A program made the position numbers and the translations under genes. From assembly GCA_964016885.1 (NCBI GenBank), contig OZ024743.1, forward strand, positions 287,370,001-287,434,000: a DNA stretch of 64,000 nucleotides, in the 5' to 3' direction. Position 1 is the first letter of the stretch. Each line of letters starts with the position of its first letter. The DNA comes from Eledone cirrhosa. Lineage: Eukaryota. Positions 23,331 through 33,890 of the stretch are shown here, in pieces. The notes under the pieces were generated by a model. The model had not been told where the DNA came from. It searched no databases and saw only the letters and a list, made by a program, of their open reading frames with translations.

Positions 23331-25962
23331 CCTGATAAACGAGAATACACCAGTGATCTCATCAAGAGTACGGACTCCCTCATCCGTAGGATGAGATGGA
23401 AGGCGTTCCACTTCGAAAGAGGAACGCAGAAAACTACAAACACAGAAAACATGGAGTACCTTTTTCGATCAAGGAGGAATCCCCCCCCATAACAGACTAA
23501 TGGAGGAGTTTGAAAACGAGATGATTAACATCATATCCAACCTCAAATTCTCCGGAAACCCAACCAGAAGTCAGGAGTACCTCAGACACCTGAGAAACCG
23601 GATTACAGTACTTAAAGGGACAACTGGAATACTTGTCCATGCTGACAAAACAAACAACCTCTACAACATGAACACTGAACTGTACAATAAGCTAATCCTC
23701 AGGGAACTGAGGAAGTGCTACAAAAAAACACCTGGATTTACCCTGGATGAGATCAATGCCACAGCTTACAGGATTATATCCAGAATCGGCATAGAGGACA
23801 GGACGGCCCCATACCAACCAAGGGAGCCGCGGATTACCCTTAAAGACCACAAGTCAAACTTTGAGTCCGACCTCCCTGTCAGACTAATAGCCCCCTCCAG
23901 ATCTGACCTAGGGATCGTCAGTAAAAGAATACTGGATAGGATTTTGCCCAAGCTTCGGAAAAAAAACAAATTACAGCAATGGTCATGCACGAGAGAAGTA
24001 ATAGAATGGTTCAAAATACTGCAGGAGAAAAGTAGGACCAGCTTTATACAACTGGACATCGCAAGCTACTACTCCTCAATCTCACCCATAGTACTTAATA
24101 AGGCCCTATTTTTAGCGATGTCCAATACGGACCTAACCCGAGAGGAGGTGAGCATCATCCACGCCGCAAGAAAGACCTTAATCCGCTTCGATGGAGACCT
24201 GTGGACCAGGAGTGATTGGCCAAATAACTTTGACATCACGATGGGCTCCAGCGACTCAGCGCAGGTAACGGACCTGGTTGGGCTCTACCTGCTGAAGCAG
24301 ATAAAAGATGAAATCCCCTGCCTGGGCGGCGGATTATATCGTGACGATGCTCTATTCACAGTACATGACCACAGCACCAATATGTTGGAGGGTATGAGGA
24401 GGCGTATTCGCCATTTCTTTAAGAACCAGGGGCTCAGCATAGAAATAGACCCAAATAGGAAGGTAGTTAACTTCCTAGATACCACCCTAAACCTGAACAC
24501 CGAGCAATACTACCCCTACCACAAGCCCAACGAGAAACTAGTATATGTTAACGCCAAATCAAACCACCCTAGATCCATAACCAAGGCAGTGGTGAAGAGT
24601 GTCTCGGACAGGATCTCCAGCCTGTCCGCAAGTAAGGAAATATTCAACAACCACGCGGAATATTACAACGCAGCTCTAAAGAAGGCGGCACATGGACAAA
24701 ATATAACATATAGTCCGAAAAGCCGGGAGGTGGATAGCCCAACAGACACCCACAACCGCGTTACCAGAGGGGGGAGGGCGAACCCTAACAATACAGGCAG
24801 AGCAAAATCAAATAAGCACCATGTACCAGACACCACCACACGGGCGGCGGGGACTAGTGCGCTTGACCACGAGATGGAGCACAATATGAGTAGCAGTCTC
24901 AGGCGTGATGCTAACTACCCCAGGACGGACAACCCCAACCGCAGGACACGTGGGGGGGGGGGGGAACGGGCGACCACCCCACGATGGATCTCCCGGGGCA
25001 GACAACAACCACCCCACAAATCCGGACCGTGAAGATAACAGAAAGTATAGAGCCCAAAAGGGAAGCAACAGTGCGGAAACCACCAGCAAACCAACAAATC
25101 TCCAACAAATCACGAAGCCCCCAACCCACACATATAGGAGACACCGACAAATCACGTGGTACAACCCACCCTACTCAGCGGCCCTAAAGAAAAGCTTGGC
25201 CCGATTGTTCTTTGGAGCACTTGACAAATGCTTCCCGAGGGACCACCGATACCACAGGATCTTCAACAGACACACTGTGAAGCTCTCGTATTCCACCACG
25301 AGAAATTTGGCCCAACACATAGCTAGCATCAACAGAAGTAGGCTTAAAAACCACACACAACCAGAAGATGGCAATACAAACACTCAGCAGAACCATGTGA
25401 AAGGAGGAAAGGGGGGACCCAGAGCCCACCCAAGAAACACAAACAGACCCAAGGACCCCCCACCGAGCATGGGGGAAAACCAACATGTAACACATAATGA
25501 GAACCCTAATCTAAGCACGCAGAGGCCGCCCACCCTCTGCAACTGTAGAAACCCCGAATCATGCCCCCTTGGTAATGAATGTCTCAAGAAGAACATAGTG
25601 TACGGTTGTAGGGTTAAAACCCCCAACTCCAAACACCTCTACATAGGAGCCACATCAACGAGCTTTAAGGACCGCTGGTACAACCATCGCCATTCATTCA
25701 AGAAGGAGGCCAAAAGGAAAAGCACAGCTCTCTCCGACCTGATCTGGAAGCTTAAGCTGGACAGGATCCCATACTCTCTGGCCTGGTACATAATCAGGAA
25801 AGTACCACCCGATAAAGGGGGATCTGCATATGCAAACTATGCCTGAACGAGACCCTCGAGATACTAAGAGGTGGAAGCGGCCTGATAAACCTCAGAATCG
25901 ACTTCTTCGGGACATGCAGACACCTTAGAGCCGGGACCTTTCTCAAAATATATGGACAGTAG
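23331..25962 (+). pseudogene. Naiad PLE RT + GIY-YIG polyprotein, lacking the first ~15 codons, with three homopolymer frameshifts
   Basis: RT motifs as in the inverted copy, then WYNPPYS, CNCRNPESCPLGNECL and IVYGCRV...YIGATSTSFKDRWYNHRHSF. After a shift at G5 (25817-25821) it reads CKLCLNETLEIL...LINLRIDFFGTCRH to TAG at 25960-25962. Confidence 0.9.
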
Positions 25963-27147
25963 CAACACAAGAAGATGTGAACTCCCCTCAAGCTATAGGG
26001 ACTTCTACAGAACATGAAAACACCTCTCGGCCAGACCTCCCTCAAGCTATATGGACAATTACAACACCCTAGGTTGTGAACTCCCCTCAAGCCATAGGGA
26101 ACAACCCAGGCGGAGCAGACACCATGATAGCCTAGAGACAGAATCGGACACAGCCATAATAATCTGGCCAACATCTATAACACAAACACTTTTAATTTAC
26201 CAGATTTCTGACTTTAAAGTTCCAATCTTAAATCTTGATTTCTCTATATTAATTTGTTATTTGTTTTCTGTCCTCTTCACTGTATAACCTTATATTTATA
26301 TTTATTTTAAGTTGAGATAGATTATAACACAAACACATTGAATATCTCATCTTAACATCTTGTATCATACCAATCTATCCAACATATTCTGACCTTGAGA
26401 TTGGTTATAGCACACACACACACACACTTTATCCTACATTATTTCTCACTTCTCCATATACATTATCATTACTTTTTCACCAATCTCTCATTTACTCTTT
26501 ATTCTCTATTTATTTATTTATTTTCAAATTACACAAATTATATTAATTATTTTATTTTATTATATTATTTATTTATCTTGTTTTCTTCATTTATTGCCTT
26601 ATATTTCTTCATATACATGAAATACCCCCCCCCCCCCCCGCCACCACCACTACGATGGTGGCGGGTGGGATGAAGAGAAAACACAAACTGAATACTTCTA
26701 AACTGTTAGCAGCAGCAAGATATAAGCTGACCACTACAACAACAACAGTACCGAAATAATGGTTGAGGTCAAATGTACTGAACAATAGCAGGCATAAACA
26801 CTACAGGGAGCCTCACCCCAGAAAGAATTCTATAGACTTCTGACTGAGGAATGCTCTCAGAACTGAACAATGGGAAGTTTGACACATTTTTTGATATTTT
26901 GTTCCTTCAACACCTTGTCCCTTCTACCATTTTATCAATTTTTAAGCTAACTCCAACAATGACAACACTAATAACTGACCAATGAGAGGAGAAGGGGACC
27001 TGTGACACTAAAATTCGTTTGTTTGAATTCATATGACTCCAGTTCCCCAGTGAATTAACAACCCAACAAGGAACTGGGCATATCAGAGTATTGACAATAT
27101 CATACACCTAAACAACATATGTACTTGTCTATACCATACTAATTCAA

Positions 27148-27202
27148 ACTGCCTGAAGAGGTCACAGCCAAAGATGGCTGTCACTGAAATATATATAGCA
27201 GT
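27148..27202 (+). ncRNA. Type I hammerhead ribozyme (Naiad 3' pLTR)
   Basis: Stem I ACTGC/GCAGT, CTGAAGA, stem II GGT-c-ACAGCCA-aaga-TGGCTGT-c-ACT, GAAA, palindromic TATATA loop III, AUA cleavage triplet. AATAAA follows immediately (27203-27208). Confidence 0.88.
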
Positions 27203-27389
27203 AATAAACGAAGCTAAATTTTAATCATTTGACTTTTATTTAACTTTATTTTACACTACTTCGGAGTAACCAAACCAACCTGCGCACTTCGTCGAGTGCT
27301 CCAGCCTGCATACTGAGGTGTTGGTATACAACCAACATAAACTCAAAATCTATACATATACATACATATATTTCGACAAAACATTCATA

Positions 27390-27810
27390 TATCATCATCA
27401 TTCAATTTCTGCTTTCCCTGCTAACAACAGTTGGACAGGACTACAGAGACCAAGTCAGTACTGAAGCGGGGGTCACTGATGTCCTTGACATTTTGAGGAG
27501 GTCTGTATCCCGCTTATGTGCAGTCATTATTGAGTGCTGAAGAGAAGTTGTCATGTCTTTTGACAAAAACTGAAGGATCCTCCTAACCCCTTGTTTGGCA
27601 AGCTTTCTATGGCTAGAGGGACTTTACAGCATGTACTGGGTGTGTTTATTATGTAGACCACCAACACTAGGGAGGGTGTCATGTCTTTGAGATAACTAAA
27701 GGATCCTCCCAACCCTTTGTTTGGTAAGTTTTTTTATGGCTGGATGTCCTTCATATCACCAACCACTTTACAGCGTGTACTGAGTGTTTATCATGTAGAT
27801 CATCAATTGT
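27390..27810 (-). mobile_element. Degraded RTE-related 3' UTR / SINE tail with an internal duplication
   Basis: atcatcatca tail and tatggctggatgtccttc...aaccactttacag motif shared with RTE 3' UTRs. Confidence 0.5.
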
Positions 27811-28428
27811 GTCATTTTCAAGGTGCATTTTCATGGCTCAATCACGAGAATGGTTGTTGGTCATAGACCCAAATGTAGAGTACTCTTAGCACTGGAGAGG
27901 GGCAATAGTGTTGGGAGATAGGTAAAAGTTATAGGTATTTGTGAGGATAAATATAGGGGGCTAATTAGTGTATGGGGATGTAGTCAATATGGTGGGGATG
28001 GGGACATGATGGAGAATTAGGTATGGGGTAATAAATAAATATAAATATATATATATTTATATTCATTTATAAAAAAAAAAAGAGATTGAACATACTTTCT
28101 CCTTGATCACACGTAACACCCTTTTCACAGATTACCAGCTCTTGATTACAAATAAAATATATTGAATTGAAACTTCAATCTTGCTTTCTTAATATAAACA
28201 CTATGTATATTATGTCAATAATATAGGTATGTGTGTGCGCTTGTTATATACGTACTTATTTATTTATATGTTTATTTAATTATTTGTATACACGCACACA
28301 CATTTATATGTGTGTGTATTTGTATACCTATGGCGGGTGTTTTCGCGTATGCTTGTGTATGTACGTATATGGATGCGTGTATGTATTTATTTAATTTCAA
28401 TTGCCTCTGTATTTTATTTACTTTATTC

Positions 28429-29998
28429 GGCACTACAACGCTATTAGCTGTCACTCCAAGCAGCCGATGGAAACAGGCGAAGGTGACGTCACTCGTCAAA
28501 CATCGTTTATTTCCGTATTACTACCACGCGTTTTTTGGAGAGGGAAGACTTAAAAGGGCAAAATTAGAAAACGAGTCATGGTTATAAAGCATATCAATGT
28601 AAGTGGAGTTACTTAAATGAAAATATAGGTGGCCCTTAAAAGGGCCAAATTAGAAAACAAATCATGGTTATCAAATAAATTTGATTTATACATTTATATT
28701 TTCATTATTCACCAACCTTATTCAAAAGCATGTTTAGAAACATTTTTTTCACCAACCTTATTCAAATGCATGGAATCAGATGACGGATATGTTCTAATAA
28801 AATTTGGAAAATTTCTCCTTTAAATTCATACTGCCACATGAATTCAATGAGATGGGTTTGAAGCAAATTTCTGGCTGTTCCGTTTTCCCTTTTATTCCTA
28901 TTTTTTATGTGTTTCCACAAGCATTCTATGTGATTCGTTGTGGCAAATGTTACTGGATCAACAAAATTGATCGAATGGTTCACCGTCAAATATCGATAAC
29001 CTAGCTGATCGATCGTATTATAGGAACGCCACAGATCAGATATTATGGTTGTCCCTGGCAATATACGATCCTGTATAATGGTTAAAAGTGTCTCCGCTGT
29101 CCTGTCTTCTACTGCTACTAAAATACATCTTCTGGTACTTCTTTCCAAAGCACCAAAAGCCCACTGTGTTTTCACAGAATGGCCATGATGGTATTTCCTT
29201 CTCACGAATGCGCTTTCATCAATCTCGACAATTCGGTTTGGCCCGCCAAGCTTAATGTTTTGAGCCACATAGTACTCTGCACAGACATCACGGCAAACAT
29301 GTCACCAATCTGCTACGGCCACATTCGCGATACGACATCCCTCTGAAATCTTCTTTTGCCCCAAAATATAATATATCAACTATCTGTTCACACTTCAAAT
29401 TGCTATTTTCTAATAGAAACCTGTTTTCTACATGGTCCTTTACACGACCAGATAAGCCCATCTGACACATTTTGTTTCGCTACTTCCAGCATACGTTGAC
29501 CACATGAAGGGCAGACCTTTTGTGTATTCAGAAGTCCTTGAATTTTCAACCAATTGACGGTATCTGCTGTAGTAGTGGTAGCGATGGTTAATTCTCTTAA
29601 CACTTGGATATATTATAGAACTCATTTTTCAACTTGCAGATGCGTGTATTATCACAAAGTGAAGATTAAAGTTTATTTATTTACACGTGGTGTTGGTGAT
29701 GATTGTTGCTGATTGGTGGGGATTGTCTCCATGGGCACTGTATCCATGCTTTTGAATAAGGTTGGTGAAAATAATTTGTTTTCTAAACATTTCTTCATAA
29801 ATATATAGGGTTGGTGAAAAAAATTTGATAACCATAATTTGGCCCTTTTAAGGGCCACCTATATTTTCATTTAAGTTAACTCCACTGTTGGTGAAAATGT
29901 CTTGTTTTTTATATTGATAACCTTTAACTGAAAATACGTGACGTCATTCGTCAACCTTCCCCTACTTTCACTTCTGACAGCTAATACCATGAACTGTA
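28429..29998 (-). mobile_element. Merlin (IS1595/ISXO2-type) DNA transposon with long imperfect TIRs
   Basis: Terminal TATTAGCTGTCA inverted at both ends; about 28602-28774 inverted versus 29743-29886; subterminal TTCACCAACCTTAT repeats; transposase inside. Confidence 0.85.
28762..29625 (-). pseudogene. Merlin/IS1595-family DDE transposase with N-terminal Zn ribbon, disrupted
   Basis: CPSCGQRM...WSCKGPC; GGPNRIVEIDES, RKYHHG, ILPGTTIISDLWRSY, VNHSINFVDP, TNHIECLW. Stop and frameshifts in the 5' part. Confidence 0.88.
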
Positions 29999-30628
29999 AA
30001 AATACAGTTCATGGTATTAGCTGTCAGAAGTGAAAGTTGGGGAAGGTTGACGAATGACGTCACATATTTTCATGTGTGTGTGTGCAAATTTCAATAATAT
30101 TAAGACACCCTAATGGGGGGTTAAACGCCCTATAGTGAAAAGTTTGGACAATAAATGGAACAAGATTTTACGAACTCCTATGGTTTTGGAGATAGACCCC
30201 CCCCCCCCATAACCATATATATATTCTGAAACTACATTGCCCAGGGTACTTGTATAAATATATTTCATTTTAATCAAAGGGTTCATCGAGGACATTTTAA
30301 TCAAAGGGTTCATCGCTGAAAATGTTTTCGGTTCGATTTATATGCAATTTAAACCATAGATAAATGAAGAGATATGATGCCTATTCATAAAAGTTTTCAA
30401 TTGATATTTTGAAAAAATTTACAAGCAACAAAATAAGAAAAGATTTAATAATGCAATTTTGATTTGATATATTACAAAAAATGATGTTTTCCAATTTTTC
30501 ATGCATTATATTTTACATTGAGTAATATTGAGTTTTTCTCCATAAATTATATCACTGATTTAAAATCAATCATCATTTTCTTACAAAAAAAATGTGAAAC
30601 GCAGCAAGGCGCTGGTAATTTGCAAACT

Positions 30629-31550
30629 ATGAGTACACAAGAGATGTAGTGGGATCTCAGGAAGTTTAGTTAATGTAGACTTTACATGTAGCAGTTGCAC
30701 CAGGACAGTAAGCAGCAAACAATCACTGAAAACAAGTGACATCAAAGTCTGGGAGGACTTGGTAAAAACAATACCGAATTAGCAGCGGAGGGGGGGTTCT
30801 GAAAGAACGGGATGGAAGAAGTTGAGGGAGCTACTGCCACAGCTGGATACAAAAGGCTTTTCCCTCAGAATAAAAGGTAGACTGTATGATGTGTGCATAT
30901 GAACGGCAATGTTGCATGGTAGTGAGAGCTGGGCGCTGTGTGTAGAAGACTTGCGTAGATTAGAAAGGAATGAAGCTTGTATGCTCCGATGGATGTGTAA
31001 TAGTAATATACGCGAACAGCAAAGCATAAACAAACTGAAAGAGAAACTAGGCATAAGAGGAATCAAATATTGTGTGCAGGAGAGGAGATTATGTTGGTAT
31101 GGACATGTGATTCGTATGAAGGATAACAGCTACATAAAGTCCCAGAAAGACTTGAGATGAAGTGATAAAAGCCGACCTTGCCCAATTGCACCTCTGAAAG
31201 GCAATGACACAGGACCAAGATCTCTGGCGTTATGAGGTAATACAGAAACCCCAACTTCCCACAGGCCCAGGCCAAGGCTGAAAGATACATACAGTATGCA
31301 CCACTCCATCCCACCCGCCAATATATCTTTCATGAAAACAGGCTGAAACACTGTAAAGTGGTTGTGATGGTGACACGGTAAAAAACACCCAGTGCACACT
31401 GTAAAGTAGTCGTGGAGGAATCACAACAAAAAACACCCAGTACTCATTGTAAATGAGCTTGGCATTAGGAAGGGCATCCAGCTGTAGAAACCAAGCCAAA
31501 ATCAGTTCTTTATGAGCAAGACATGGTCACCTAACCTAACATTGCCAACA
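30629..31550 (+). mobile_element. Degraded RTE fragment (subfamily B) with partial 3' UTR
   Basis: VHKRCSGISG and MLHGSESWALCVEDLRRLERNEACMLRWMCN. Confidence 0.85.
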
Positions 31551-31556
31551 ATAAAA

Positions 31557-31917
31557 GGCACATGGCTCAGTGATTAGAGCATTGGGCTTGCAATTGAAAG
31601 GTTGTGAGTTTAATTCTCGGACCAGGTGATGTGTTGTTTCCTTGAGCAAGACACTTTATTTCACATTGCTCCAGTTTACTCAGCTGTAGAAATGAGATGA
31701 TAGGACTGGGGTCCCTATCATTCCACTGCAAAGTGGTCGTGGAGGTGCCACGGCAATAAAAACCTCACTGTGAGGTTGGTGTTAGGAAAGGCATCCAGCT
31801 GTAGAAATCAAGACAGAATCAGTTCCCGTATGAGCAAGACAAGGTCAGCCGACCGGACACTGCCCACAACAGGACAACCCATGCTAGCGTAGAAGAACAG
31901 ACATAAAATGATGATGA
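31557..31917 (+). mobile_element. Composite SINE: tRNA head + CORE + hairpin + RTE 3' tail
   Basis: A box TGGCTCAGTGA, B-box-like GAGTTTAATTC, CORE-like block; from about 31723 it matches the RTE-B 3' UTR and ends in gatgatga. Confidence 0.7.
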
Positions 31918-32109
31918 AATATATGCTTGAAGCATTGATGAATAGGAAACAAATTTAAATTTTGAAAACCAAGTTGAGGGCCTTTGAACCCTAGGCTATT
32001 GCAATAGCTGCTCCTGATTCTAGATGTGGAAGACGGGACCTTTGGTACCACACAGTGACGTCCTGTTCGAGAATTGGTCCAGCTCTCGATGCGAAAGTTT
32101 GAGCTGGGT

Positions 32110-32282
32110 GCACCTCCACGACTACTTTGCAGTGGAATGATAGGGACCCCAGTCCTATCATCTCATTTCTACAGCCGAGTAAACTGGAGCAATGTGAAAT
32201 AAAGTGTCTTGCTCAAGGAAACAACACATCACCCGGTGTGAGAATTGAACTCACAACCTTTCGATTGCAAGGCCAATGCTCT
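32110..32282 (-). mobile_element. Inverted partial copy of the composite SINE
   Basis: Reverse complement of 31576-31748 with scattered substitutions. Confidence 0.8.
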
Positions 32283-32316
32283 CAATATGTATGTATATAT
32301 ATATACACACACACAC

Positions 32317-32377
<61 letters not shown>

Positions 32378-32389
32378 ACACACACACAC

Positions 32390-32554
32390 AAATAATAATA
32401 CATATGAAGACTAAAATCCAAAGAGGGCTCGATAGGGATAAATATATATCAATTATATAAGAACCATAGAGCAAATATTTATTAAAATAACAGATTAAAG
32501 TTTAAGCAAAGAATCGGCTGCTTTCACCCTTATTGGGATCTTATGAAACTAAAA

Positions 32555-32588
<34 letters not shown>

Positions 32589-32941
32589 ATTTGTGAACGC
32601 AGAAGTAAATATTTCGAAAAACGTTGCAACCGAAGGAAGTCAGGAAGACGATACTTTGGTTCGTGGAGACGTAGTTTTAGGTATTTCTTCCTGCTTGGTA
32701 CGGGTATGTTCTTTGTAGAAATATTCAGATGTTTCTGCATGATGAATATAAGTCAATAGAGTACTCAGTCAAGGGAGCCAAATAGTAATAATAATAAATG
32801 TGAAGACTAACATCCAAAGAGGGCTCGATAGGGATAAATATATATCAAATATATAAGAACCGTAGAGCAAATATTTATTAAAATAACAGATTAAAGTTTA
32901 AGCCAAGAATCGGCTGCTTTCACCCTTAATGGGATCTTCTG

Positions 32942-32985
<44 letters not shown>

Positions 32986-33336
32986 ATCTGAACGCAGAAG
33001 TAAATATTTCGAAAAACATTGCAACCGAAGGAAGTCAGGAAGACGATACTTTGGTTCGTGGAGACGTAGTTTTAGGTATTTCTTCCTGCTTGGTACGGGT
33101 GTGTTCTTTGTAGAAATATTCAGATGTTTCTGCATGATGAATATAAGTCAATAGAGTACTCAGTCAAGGGAGCCAAATAGTAATAATAATAAATTTGAAG
33201 ACAAACATCCAAAGAGGGCTCGATAGAGATAAATATATATCAAATATATAAGAACCGTAGAGCAAATATTTATTAAAATAACAGATTAAAGTTTAAGCCA
33301 AGAATCAGCTGCTTTCACCCTTAATGGGATCTTCTG

Positions 33337-33377
<41 letters not shown>

Positions 33378-33775
33378 ATTTGTGAACGCAGAAGTAAATA
33401 TTCCGAAAAACGTTGCAACCGAAGGAAGACAGGAAGGTGATATTTTGGTTCGTGGAGACGTAGTTTTAGGTATTTCTTCCTGCTTGGTACGGGTATGTTC
33501 TTTGTAGAAATATTCAGATGTTTCTGCATGGTGAATATAAGTCAATAGAGTACTCAGTCAAGGGAGCCAAATAGTAATAATAATAAATTTGAAGACTAAC
33601 ATCCAAAGAGGGCTCGATAAGGATAAATATATATCAAATATATAACAACCATAGAGCAAATATTTATTAAAATAACAGATTAAAGTTTAAGCAAAGAATC
33701 GGCTCCTTTCACCCTTAATGGGATGTTCTGAACCTAAAAAAAAAAATCAATCTGTGAACGCAGAAGTAAATATTT
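32390..33775. repeat. Tandem repeat, about 395-bp unit x about 3.5, with a variable poly(A) tract
   Basis: A gaagac anchor recurs at 32406, 32802, 33197 and 33591. Confidence 0.93.
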
Positions 33776-33777
33776 CT

Positions 33778-33890
33778 AAGCCGACCTTTCCCCATTGCAC
33801 CTCTCAAGGGCAATGACACACGACCATGACCTCTGGCGTCACACAGTAATACAGAAGACCCGACTTTCCACAGGAACATATAGACAATAT
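33778..33890 (+). mobile_element. Short RTE-B C-terminal fragment
   Basis: Matches about 11386-11505. Confidence 0.75.

Larger units (their letters stand above)
20271..27353. mobile_element. Naiad-type Penelope-like element in a nested inverted/tandem arrangement
   Basis: pLTR(-) 20271-20559 | ORF 5' piece(+) 20559-21017 | ORF(-) 21016-22883, 5' UTR, pLTR(-) 22935-23329 | ORF(+) 23329-25962, 3' UTR, pLTR(+) 26959-27353. TA-rich flanks. Confidence 0.9.

Noticed and set aside
23331-26958. Selenoprotein-type Naiad (in-frame UGA plus SECIS)
   Set aside because: Conserved Cys positions use TGC/TGT. The TGA ends at 25032 and 25846 are out-of-frame consequences of homopolymer shifts. No convincing SECIS is seen in the 3' UTR.
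30075-30625. Second non-autonomous Helitron
   Set aside because: It has a (TG)n start and a GC-rich end (gcagcaaggcgctgg) but no terminal CTAG; evidence is insufficient.
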